From NCBI RefSeq assembly GCF_009914755.1, contig NC_060927.1: a stretch of 64,000 bases of DNA; one strand, written 5' to 3'. A model generated the notes under the pieces. The model was not told where the DNA came from. It worked only from the letters and a program-made list of their open reading frames with translations, and made no database searches. Positions within the stretch are counted from its first letter, which is position 1, and each line of letters opens with the position of its first letter. This document shows positions 26,381 through 39,170 of the stretch, in pieces. The translations under genes and the position numbers were made by a program. The DNA comes from the human T2T-CHM13v2.0 reference genome, Homo sapiens.

Positions 26381-27216
26381 AATGGGAACAGGGAAGAGAA
26401 GAAAGAGGGAAAAGGTTCAAGCTACTTTGGCCGATGCATTTTATGAGTTTCACAAACTAAAATCATTAGACCACCAAACTGCTTGATAAGAAATCAAGAC
26501 CTAAAAAAAATAATAAAAAAAAAAATCAGGACATTGTTTTCTGTAAATACAGCTGCTTGGCAAAAGCAAATAAGAAGAGTGACAAATTGTTGGTTGAATT
26601 TTATTTTCCTACCAGAAAAAAAAAAAAAAAAAAAAAAGGTTATTTTAAGTAGCAGTCTGGGGAAAGAATTAGTTGCTTACTTCTCTGAAAGTTGTCAATT
26701 GCATGTTACCTCACTGTGGAGTTGGCAGTGAGTAGCATTTCCTGGGTTGAGTGCACAGGCATTTTTATTATTCGAAATAGTTTAACAGGTGCAAGTCAGG
26801 TCCTGCTAGAAATGCTTATATATGGCAATGTACTGAACTCTTTCCTAAATTAATTCACTTCACCCAATGCACAAGATTATGTGGCAAGATCTTTGGTGTG
26901 CTGTCAATTCAATCAGTTACTTAACAGATGAAAGTAACCCTAGTTTTTTGCATCCTCCAGTAACTCTGACAATTTTATTATTTTTCAACCATCGGCTTTT
27001 CTAATGTAACAACTGACAGGGTCAAAATGCTCTCTGTCATTCTGACAGGATTTACAGGGGGGAAATGAACAGATTAGATTGAAAAGGTCCTGATATAAAG
27101 ATTTAGAATAGAATTTCAATGCACTTATGTACAGAAGGAAGGGTTAACTAGTGGAGTGTGGGAGAGTGTCTATGGAATAAAGTTAATTGGTGTAAGTGGA
27201 GGTGACTTTCTGAGAC

Positions 27217-27403
27217 AGGAGTTCTCACACTGACTGCATCAGAAAGCCCCTGAGTGCTTGTTGAAACACACATTGCTGTCCCCCAACCCCCAGTCAAAGA
27301 CGCTGATCCAGTAGATGTGGGGCAAAGCCCAGGGATTTGCATTTCATAGTTTCCAGGTGCTGATCACAGAGCAGTCCTGAGAACCATACATTTTGAACCA
27401 CTG
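27217..27403 (+). mobile_element. MER5A (hAT-Charlie MITE)
   Basis: gttctca..ctgcatcagaa..cttgttgaaacaca..ttgct; gatttgcatttc; tttgaaccactg. Confidence 0.85.
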
Positions 27404-28114
27404 TGGTAAGAGACAGTGGGGAAATCAAGTCAGAATCCCAGAGTGTATAACTAAGAGAGAGGCTCCTTGGATTTCCATGCTAGTAAACTACTAACCAGTT
27501 GTCAATGATAGCACAGGCTCACTTTCTTCTAATTCTAAATTCATCTTTAGATGAAGGGGCACAGTTTCATTCTACGATAGTCTAAGGTGACTCCTATTTG
27601 ATGCAACTGTCCTCCCATTTCTTATCCCTATGTCTATATTGCTATATTCATGATTTTCTTCAGATGTGGCTTTTTTGACAATTAATTATTCTGATGACTC
27701 AGTGACTTTTCATTGATTTCATATTAAAGTCAATTCTACTCCAGTAGCACCCCATAAATGCCTAGAGACATCAACACAGAGGCAAGTTTCTTCTTACAAT
27801 TTAGTTTGATTTTCTATCATAAACAATATTAACTTCTCACTTGTATACTCTCCAGAGTAAATTCTCAGCCTCACTCACATTTTTCAGGTGAGATTTACAC
27901 CCTAGAGGAGTGTCCTCTGCTCTGGTCTCAGGCAACACGCACCTACCTCTGATATATTTTCTTATTAACTTCCCATGTTTCTACTTCATCAATAATCCAT
28001 CACCACCTTTTATCAATACATGCATACACAAACAACCTCATTTGCCTGGAATCTTTGAGGATGATGCCTTAATGAATTCCTTGGTTGTTGAAGGCTCCTC
28101 TAAAAAATGTTTTT

Positions 28115-28422
28115 TATTTGTTTGTTTTGTTTTGTTTTTGAGACAGAGTTTCACGCTTATAGCCCGGACTGGAGTGCAATGGCGCAATCTTGGCTCACTG
28201 CACCCTCCCCCCGCCAGGTTCAAGCAATTCTCCTGCCTCAGCCTCCTGAGTAGCTCAGATTACGGGCGCCCGCCACCATGCCCAGCTAATTTTTGTATTT
28301 TTAGTAGAAACCAGGTTTCGCCATGTTGGCCATGCTGCTCTCGAACTCCTAACCTCAGGTCATCCGCCCACCTCGGCCTCTCAAAGTGCTGGGATTACAG
28401 GCATGAGCCACTGTGTCCGGCC
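28115..28422 (-). mobile_element. AluS (Sq/Sx) with 14-bp TSD
   Basis: Full dimer; TSD taaaaaatgttttt at 28101-28114 and 28423-28436. Confidence 0.95.
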
Positions 28423-28614
28423 TAAAAAATGTTTTTAATACTAACTTTTGTACTAATGTGGAAGTTTGACTGAAAGCATTTCTTGATAACTCAGTCTCAT
28501 CCTAATAAACCTGTATTTTAGTGGTTTGTTATATTCCCATGGTTTATGATAAGGACTGTAAAGACCATTGAGACTTCTACAATAATATAGTAAATGGCTC
28601 TGGGCCACATGGAT

Positions 28615-28975
28615 CATTTAATTTTTAATGTTTTATTTGGAACTACTGTTAAACCTTTAAGAAAGTTGCAAGATAGTAGAAAATCTTCTTCTGTCTCTCA
28701 CCCTGCTTCTCCTAATGTTAATATCTGACATAACCATGGTATAATTATGAAGAACAGGAAATTAACATTGGTATCATAGTCTTAACTGAATTTCATCTCT
28801 TATTTGTATTTCATTAATTTTACACTAATGTCCTTTATCTTTTCCAGCACTTTGCCTAGGATCCCACATTGCATTTAATTAACAGTGTTTTCATTTATAG
28901 ACACTTCTTAGTATCTGCCCCACCTCTAACAGCTCCTCAGACTTTTCTTGTTTTTCATAACCTCGACACTTTCTG
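28615..28975 (-). mobile_element. L1MC 3' end fragment
   Basis: gaaagttgcaagatagta, cctaatgttaatatct..cataaccatggt, ggatcccacattgcattta. Confidence 0.7.
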
Positions 28976-29091
28976 AACCCGAAGTGTGGATGTGAGGGAA
29001 CCCCAAATGTGGATGTGAGGAAAACACAAGTGCAAATATTAACAAACTAACTAGAGTTCTGTTGACAAACTGACTCAGAAAGAAAGGCTAT

Positions 29092-29444
<353 letters not shown>

Positions 29445-29547
29445 CTAGTTATCTTTTAGATAAACCTATGGTATGCTTGGTGAAATACCTAGAAACAATG
29501 AGCCCCGTATAGGTCTTACCATAGCTGACATCAGAAAAAACTTTTGT

Positions 29548-29851
29548 GACTGGGTGCGGTGGCTCATGCCTGTAATCCCAGCACTTTGGGAGGGCAAGGC
29601 AAGCAAGCAGATCGCCCAAGGTCAGGAGTTCAAAACCTGCCTGGCCAACACAGGAAAACCCCATCTCTACTAAAAATACAAAAATTAACTGGGTGTGGTG
29701 GTGTGCACCTCTAGTCCCAGCTACTCGGGGAAAGCTAAGCAGGAGAATCAATTGAACCCAGGAGGTGGAGGTTGTGGTGAGCTGAGATCACGCCACTGCA
29801 CTCCAGCCTAGGCAACAGAGTGAGACTCTGTCTCAAAAAAAAAAAGAAAAA
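29548..29851 (+). mobile_element. AluS/J with near-perfect TSD agaaaa[a/t]acttttgt
   Basis: Full dimer, A tail, flanking direct repeat. Confidence 0.93.
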
Positions 29852-31875
29852 AGAAAATACTTTTGTCACTTCTATCATCCATCCCTTGGTTCATATTTCT
29901 GCTGTAGTTAATCCAAACAAAAATAGTAATAAATATGTAGTAAAAATTAAAAAGATACATAAGTTAAGTGGTTGTTGCTTTATTTTATTATACAGCCTTG
30001 GAATTAACATTTTATAATTTTTAAATTCAAGAACTTTTACATTTATAATCCAGCAGCAATATTCATACTAAAATGTTTCATCAGAATGCCAGTATTAAAA
30101 GGGCATATTTCTGGGATTAAGTATTGGGGTAATTTGGGGTAAAATGGAGGGTGTTCTCTATTATAGATAATTTGTAATACCATTTGGTTCCAAAAATATG
30201 TTTCTCTGTAAAAATAAAACAAATCACTAAATATAATGATTATATATAATGCTAAAACAAGGAAGATTAATATAGAATTTTTATACTGTACAGTTATCTC
30301 TTCTGATACTATAGAAGTGATTTTGGATGAAACTGCATGATCAGTTCAGAGATTGTACATTTTTTATGTGGGCCAAGAGTAAATTTCACAACACACTCTG
30401 AATTTTTCAGAAAAATCAAGTAACTCCCAACTCCCACTCTTCAATAATAATTATTATATCACACATGTTTTAAGCTTACTCTCCTCTTCCTTGCTATTAG
30501 AGTGGTCGAGAAATCTAAATAAAAATTTGTGGTATTAAAAGAAATAAAGGCAGGACCGTTACAATTCAACGCAGCATGAGAGCGTCTATTACGCACATTG
30601 GCCATGCCTGAGGGGTTCATAGAAGTCAGCTCAGCTCTGTAAGTGCCAATATTGGAAGCATCATCACCTATGTGCAAACTCCCTAGATACATTGTAGAGC
30701 CATTATTCTTCAAAGTCCTGTCACCTCCTACCTGGGTGTCATGAGGTGATGCAGTGCTATTCATGATGTGGGCTCACTAAACTCCTGGGCTTTTTACCAA
30801 AGGAAGGGATCTTCACCTCCCTCATGGCCAGCCCCTGTCATCACCTCTACTTCTCGAATTATTCCCTTGCATTCTCTCCTTTTCACAAATATCCCACAAC
30901 ATTTTTCCCTTCTTTCTTAAAAAGTGCATTTGCTCTTTTATTATGATACTATAGAAGTGTTGTGAATACCCTAGCAACATTGTCTACAATTTCAGAGAAT
31001 GGAAAATGTTAAACAAGAAGGCAGTGTCTGAGTAAATCAAGTCAAGACAAGTTATGGAGTTAAAAAAGTTATAGAAAAACATGAAATGAAGTAAAAATGT
31101 ACAATATATGTTATTCAGTGAAAATATCTCACATCTTAAACATCCACTGAGAACTGTCCCCTCACTAAATAAACTTGAAGCTCTCCTCTTATTTCCAAAA
31201 TGTGGTTGGGGAATGATGCATTAAACTCAATTCATTTTTTCTCTTATGACATGTGATGTAATAAATGTATCTTCAAAGCTTACATTACATTATTATGTTA
31301 AATTATGTGAGTGTTGATAGATTCTATAGGCAAAATCTTTAAAAATTGTAAGTTTTAAACTACTAAATCTATACAGAAGGAAAAGTGTTATATGTTGAAT
31401 TATCAAACTCTCAGATTGGAGAAAAGGAAGAAGAGAAGAAAGAAAGCCTGATATTAGAGGGAGGAGATGTTAATAGACATATCAGTGCAAAGATCATCAA
31501 ATATATTGAAACAGAAAAACTGATGCCTCCAAATTCCTAAAGCTGTCCCATATTGCATGATGTTGTGTGTTAATATTTAACAATGTTTTAACTTTATAGA
31601 TAAGGCAGTCACTGATTTCTCTACATCATCAGGTTTGGGAAGCATGTGAAATACTTGCCACAACACTATACACACTTGCCATGATAACCATGCCCATTCA
31701 TCACAGCAGTCTGTAGTGCTGAATCCTAAGGAAATCTTAAAATCTATTCAACATTATTGAATAGTTCCAAGCACCTACCATTTATGGACTGGAGTCAATA
31801 ATTGACTCTCCTGGATCTCTCTGTTTGCCTTGAAGAAGGCTTCATCACTTTAGTCTATGTTTCATATATCGGCAC

Positions 31876-32330
31876 TGTGTTATTTAGGGTAGATTACACT
31901 GCTATAATGAAAAAACTCAGAAATGTATGTTGCTGGAATGCAATAGACGTTTCTTTCCTTTTTATGCAACAGTCTAAGGTGTTTATTTTTGGTTTGCAGA
32001 AGGTATTCATCCACATTAATATTCAATGATCCAAACACCTTACATTTTGTGGCTCCCTCTCAATTGCTATTTCATCATCGTCATCTTTAGCCAGACAGCA
32101 AAAACGAAGAGAGAACATAACGGAAACAAATATCTGTCTCAAACAAATATCTGTCTCAGAAATGATTCACATGACTTCCTATCACATTTTATTGATAAGG
32201 TCTAGTCAGGACTCGACTTTAAGAAAGCCTGGTGAAGGTATTTTAGCCTTGATCTCCAATGCAATCCTGAGAGATTGTAACTACAGAAGGAGAGATACAA
32301 CTTGGGTGGGTGGTTAATAATCTCTATGAC
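31876..32330 (-). mobile_element. Old MLT1 (J/K-like) LTR
   Basis: tagattacactgctataa start; cacattttattg...tagtca motif; highly diverged. Confidence 0.45.
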
Positions 32331-32693
32331 ATGCACCACTGTCCTCTGATTGCAGTTGCTGGAATTGCAAGCACTAATTTCAGAAGACAGTACTGCATCT
32401 CCATCTTATTGAAGTGTGGTTGTAGTTTTAGGGTTTGAATGACTGAGAAGCAAGCACAGGGACATATTTCAAGATACACAAAAAATAAGGATAAAAATGA
32501 ATCTTTTTATTTCAGGAAATATATTGATATTCACTGTGCCGCAGGGTCAAAATCTCACACTTGAATAGATGGGAGGAACAATTATTTTCTAAAAATTATA
32601 TGAAAATTAAACTGCCAAATTTGCACTAAAATAGACATTTGTAAAAACTGCTTGCAATGGGAATAAATCTGAAGGAAAGAAAAATGCTTTATA

Positions 32694-33212
32694 CAGTAGC
32701 CCCCATCCCTTATAGAAGGTTTCACTTTCTGCAGTTTCAGTTGCCCATAGATAAATGCATTCCAAAAACAGTAAATGAAAATAATTCCAGAAATAAATAA
32801 TTTGTAAGTTTTAAATTTCATACCATTCTGAGTAGTGTGATGAAATCTCACGCTGTCCCACTCCATCTCATCTGAAGTCTTTGCCCATGCCTATGTCCTG
32901 AATGCTATTGCCTAGGTTTTCTTCTAGGGTTTTTATAGTTTTAGGTTTTACATTTAAGTCTTTAATCCATCTAGAGTTAATTTTTGTGTAAAGTGTAAGG
33001 AAGGGGTTCAGTTTCAGTTTTCTGCATATGTCTAGTTTTTCCTGCATCTCAGCAGGGATGGAAACCATCCCTTTGTCCATGCCATATATGCTACCCATCC
33101 CTTTGTCACTTAGCAGCTGTCTTAGTTATCAGATAAGAAGAAACCTCATATATAGGGTTTGGCGGCTTCAGGCATCCACTGGGAGTCTGGGAACATCAAG
33201 GGGAGACTACTT
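32694..33212 (+). mobile_element. MER44A (Tigger MITE) interrupted by an L1 fragment
   Basis: TA|cagtagcccc left TIR, ttctgagtagtgtgatgaaatctc, caggcatccactggg, ggagactact right TIR. Confidence 0.88.
32871..33044 (-). mobile_element. 174-bp internal L1PA ORF2 fragment with no 3' UTR or poly(A)
   Basis: Translates [52 protein letters not shown]; flanked by catctca repeats. Confidence 0.92.
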
Positions 33213-35303
33213 TATTTACCTTAATACATGTGAGAAATGCCAAACCATAGAATGTTTCTTATTTTCCATTTTTGACTCCATATGTTTCAATATTTACATT
33301 TTGGGATCTGAGAGTGAGACAGATGTAGTTACATTTTTGAAGCCAAGAAAGTCATTATCTTCGAAACAACAAAATGCAAGTCCAAAAATAATTATAAATA
33401 TACCTGTCATCTGGCTTGTCCAGGCAAAGAAGGGCTGAAAAGCAATATAAAAGCATAAAAGCAGCTTATCATTCATTGAAGTTCATTGAGATCTCCACAG
33501 TGCTGGCTTACAAGTCTGTGCATAGCATTATACACAAGACAAATAAGATCTCACAATGTTTCCTTGTCCCATTTTTTTTTTCTCTCAGGCCTTCTATTAG
33601 TTTTATAAAATACAAACACACACCCACAGTCAAATGCAGTCCAAGTTTTACGGCAGAATCAAAATATACACTGGAAAATTCAGCAATTAACATATCGTTG
33701 CACATAAGACTCTAAAACCACCAGAACACTCCAAAACTGAGCCCTGTCCTCAATCTTCTGTTTGCCTATTACCATAAAAACATTTCTTCATCCAGTAGAA
33801 CAATCTAACCATTTAAGACTCTCACGAAGGAAACAGCAAACATTTTTAATCTGCAAGTCTTCAATATTTGATTACAACTATAACCAATGATAGCATTGAT
33901 TATAGTTATAAAGTAATCTACACAAAAGGATTGCTGTGAGAATTATAAGGATACAAAAGTCTAGATCAGTGTCCCTTGGCTGTCAAACAGAAAGCACCTG
34001 ATAAATATCAGCAACTGTGGAATATGAGAAAATATTTATAAAAATGGAAGTAATATACTAGCTTTTATTTTCAAATGTTAAAAATACAAAGGCAGATTTA
34101 ATATATGTTCTCAGAACAGCAAAATGAATGATAATTATTCCAATGTTCTCCAGTCACCAATTATTAAGTGACTGGAGAGATAAGTGTAGCTATTAATACT
34201 GCACAGCTTCCGTTCTTTCCTGTGCACTTTGATCTAACAGATGATGATTTGTAATGGCACAACCTCAACACCCTCCCACCTGTAGTTTATTAGGAAATCA
34301 GCCAAGTAACAGTATTGCTTAGTTACTCACAGCAGGGAGGTAGACACACAAAGGGTCAATTTTTGTCATTTCACAGGTGACACCTTCATCCAGAAATCAC
34401 GCTCAGCACTTGCACTGCCCTCATTCACACAGGACTTAGCCGGTGATATGTAAATGAAGTATCCTGGTGGGCAAATGCCACTTTCTATTTAAAAACTCTG
34501 GGTTCATGGGTTATTGTATAGATTTTGAAAGAGATGTAAGAATGAATTATTCTTGCACAGTGTGTGTTTGCTAAGTTTATGCTTTAGGAGAGTAAAACAC
34601 ATTATATATCTTCCCTTACTCTTTTTTTACACACTATTTAAACTTCACGTAAAGATGGAGTCTTTGGAGATGTTTTTAAAACATGTGAACAACCATATAA
34701 ATACTTATGCAGCTACAGGAGAGAAGCTATTAGGTTGTGTCTGTATTGAAAAATGTGGGGAAAAAATAATTCCAGGACCGAAATTTCAGTTGTCATGGAG
34801 GCTTTGCACTGATTTGTTAGTTTCATTTATTGAACTATAATCAGTCTGTACTGGTATCAAAATGCCATCACGATAAAATAGTACTATAGAAGCAGAGACA
34901 TTTCTATGGTTATATGTTTAATATTCTGTTATCATTGAATTCATGTAAGAACTCAGAAACAATACACAAAGAAGCACCAGGAGCAACGGAAAAATGAATT
35001 ATTTCAAACCAAAAACCAGATTTCAAAGTCCAGTGTGCCTGTTAATATTTTGTAGAAATTTAACATATACTCAGTGAGTGTTTCTGTGGCAAACCAAATA
35101 GATATACACTAAGTGATGTGTATTTGAAAAGGATCTAAGATAATGTATCATCAAATTCTTTTCTTGTGAAATCTGTTTCAATTCCTAGACAGTACTCTTC
35201 TCATTATAGTTAAAATTCCAAAATCAAGAGTAGAGGTTTTTGTGGGTTTTTTTTTGTTTGTTTGAAAGACATTACATCTAGTATCATTGGTAGTATCATT
35301 TAG

Positions 35304-35613
<310 letters not shown>

Positions 35614-35944
35614 AGAAACTTTTAATACTCCTACATATTTTTTTCTTCTAAAATTGTTTTACTTTTTCCATAAGAAAAATGGAATTATTCCTTACTCCTC
35701 TTTATAATTATTTATCTGGTCATCTCTTTTTTAATTGCAAAATCACAAAAGTGACAAATTCTTCATAGCTTGGTATTCACAGGCTTCAATAGAAGTTTCA
35801 GTAGTTTCATGACAGAAAATCAAATATAAATATGATAAACTTCACATATGAAAAAAACCAACCTAGTCTAAACTGAATGTGTGATAGCAATATTTGATAC
35901 ATATTCACATATCTTAGCAAAGGTTGAGAACAGAAAATAATTCT

Positions 35945-36030
35945 CGTAGGGTTCTCCAGAAAAACAGACTTCAAAAATATGATTTATTATAAGTAATTGG
36001 TTCACACAATCATGGAGGCTGAGAATTTCC
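35945..36030 (-). mobile_element. MLT2 LTR fragment
   Basis: agggttctccagaaaaacaga...gatttattataag.aattggttcacacaatcatggaggctgagaa. Confidence 0.7.
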
Positions 36031-37178
36031 AATAAAGTAAATAATTAACTGTAGAAATAATGTAAAATAATTATCTATACAAAATGTACCAAAAAATGCA
36101 ATGTTGACGTATGTCTACTGTACAGAAACAAAGTAGGTGAAAGACAGAGAAAGCTGCACTAGAAACTTTTGAGAAGAACAAAAAAGTTTATAGATATTAT
36201 ATAAATCAGTGAAAATAAGTGTGAGAAATAGGAGATTTAAAATAAAACAGAAAAACCAATAATTAAATTATGATTTTAGTGTTATTTTAAACTTCATAAT
36301 GCTCTTGATTTTATATTTAAACAGTTCCTAAAAAAAAAAAACCTAGAGAGCTGCACCTGGAAATCTCTAGATGCCCTGATGCATGCTTGCTTTTGCTTTC
36401 TTTCTCCTTCTTCACCATATTATTTTTATTAAAGTCTTACACTAATATACCCAGAGGAGACTTGTGAACTCATTCACTTATCTAACCCTATGTAATTGAT
36501 GCTATCTTTTTAGATAGTCTACTACAACTCACTATTTTTTAAAAATGACACAATATATCCATCCATTTCTAAAACTCACACAAAATGGTAGCTCCTGGTA
36601 GACCACTTAAAATCTAACAACAAATTTTTGGTTTAAACCTAAACTTTTCATTTTCTATTAGATGGAGAGGGTTGTAAGTACCTGCCTTTTCTTATGAATG
36701 CTAATTTTACTACTGATGGTACTACTAGTAATTACAATGGCTAAGATTTATTGAGTGTTTAGTATGGACCCAACATTTATATGCAGCATTTCATTTAGTT
36801 GTCACAAAAATCATATGAGATAAGCAATACTGTTATTATTTATAAAATTCTGAATATTATATATAAATTCTCCAAACACATCAATATTCCAATATCAATA
36901 CACTTTGCTATGTACCTCCATATGCTAAATATAACTGTCTCTCCACAGTCATATTTTGATGCATTTGTATTTAACAGGCTAATAGACTTTGTAAATTTGT
37001 CTTTACTAAATGATGTTGCCATGGGATATTTCTGCTGCATTTTTTCCTTTAGACAGCTTGAGAAGAATAAATTCTTCCCTTAGAATATGCAAAACAAAGT
37101 TTTGTTTTTCTAAGGTATATTTTATTCAAGTAATTTTTTTCTACATCTGTGATTTATATTTAAATAAATTCAATATTA

Positions 37179-37582
<404 letters not shown>

Positions 37583-37959
37583 CCAGAACTCCTTTAGAAA
37601 CCATCCTTTCTTTGTATACGGGCTGTCTTTCCTTTACAGTATCCTTAAAGTGAAACCTTATTTTCTTTATCCTTACCTTAAAAGGCATATTTTTTATTAT
37701 TCAATTTCTCAAAATATTTTATACTAAATTTTTGGAAAACATTTCACCTGGGCTAAAGATATTTGTCTCCCTTGAATTTTCAAGTGGTTTGTTTCAGGAG
37801 AAAAAACATTTATGGCTGTGCGGATTCTTTCTGTACTTCTGGGAGACATTTGTGTATCCTGGAATTGACGACAACATTCCCATTCAAAAGAATTTTGGGA
37901 AAAGCAGTTCTGGTCATGCATAGCAAGCATTACACAGACTATGCATAAAACTAACGAAT

Positions 37960-38660
37960 GAATTCATTGTCTCATGAACAATAAGCCTAGGCAGATAAGA
38001 GGAACTGGGACTCCTTGGAGAAAGAGTTGATTCTAGGCGTAGAACTAGGACAGATTAAAGATGAGCCTGGAGCATCTTACAGTGTTATAAAATTAGGAAG
38101 TTCTCGAAATACTGTCACAAACACACACACTGATAAAGGTGTCAAAGGGATGAAGAAACTAACTAAAAGTGCCCCAAATGGCCAAAGCTAGAAAAATGTG
38201 AGCAAAAAATTAGATAACATAAACAGCTCTGAGTTAATAGTACATAAATTAATAATAAATAAACATATAAAGCAGAAGAAAGGATAAATTTCCCATGCAG
38301 AAGAATTCCCACTAATTCATATAGATACTCCATCCTCCAAAAGGTTGAGTAGAACATCCAGCTCCTTAAGTGTGAGCTGTGCATTGTGACATCTTTCCAA
38401 ATAGTACAGTGTAGAAACAGTAGCAAAAAGAGTAATTTCACAAGGAAAAAACCTGACAAACACTATTTTATCTCAGTGATCAAGGTCAACATCAACAGAG
38501 AAGTCATGCTGGTAGTATGAACCCTCGTTTAAATGTTACAAAATAGCATTTTGCCCTTATGGTCTTCTTTCCCAAAACCCATAACTTCAATCCAAACATG
38601 AGAAAAACATTAGACAAATCTCAACAGAGGGACGTTTTGCAATAGTATTCCTTAAGACTA
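37960..38660 (+). mobile_element. L1MC/MD 3' region fragment
   Basis: aagatgagcctggagcatctt, tcaaggtcaacatcaacag, catgagaaaaacattagacaaatc. Confidence 0.7.
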
Positions 38661-38867
38661 CCATTGGTGGCTAATGGTATACAGAGACACCTAAGAAGAG
38701 CATACAAATGCCAAATAAAATAATAAGAAGTACTTGCCTTATATCAATTTACTAAAGACTTAAGAAAAATCATATTCAATGATTGCAAATAGCAAAATAA
38801 GTTGACCCAAACACTGGAACAAGAGACGTAAACTGTTTACAACTTCTGACTCAGTTAGTTAATTTTA

Positions 38868-39170
38868 TGAATGTATTTATTTTGAGACAGAATCTTGCCC
38901 TGTCAGCCAGCCTGGAGTGCAGTAGCACGATCATGGATCACTTCAGCCTCAAATTCCTGAGCTCACATGATCCTCCTACCTCAGCCTCCCAAGTAGCTAG
39001 GATTACAGGCAAGCACCACCATGACTGGCTAATTTTATTTATTTATTTTTGTAGAGAGGGGCCTCCCCCTATGTTGCCCAGGCTGGTCTCAAACTCCTGT
39101 GCTCAAGCTGTCCTCCAGGCTGGGCTTCCAAAAGTGCTGGAATTACAGACATGAGCAACAGCGCTTGGCC
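38868..39170 (-). mobile_element. AluJ
   Basis: gatcctcctacctcagcctccc, tatgttgcccaggctggtctc (J-type); TSD agttaatttta. Confidence 0.9.

Noticed and set aside
27910-28425. 171-aa ORF, and similar ORFs at 23969, 29449, 35366 and 37205
   Set aside because: Largely Alu read-through.
28976-29025. 23-bp tandem duplicate (similar short ones near 16234 and 32124)
   Set aside because: Ordinary slippage duplications.
33446-33478. TATAAAA with Inr-like TCATT 25-29 nt downstream
   Set aside because: Expected by chance in AT-rich DNA; no supporting exon or CpG context.
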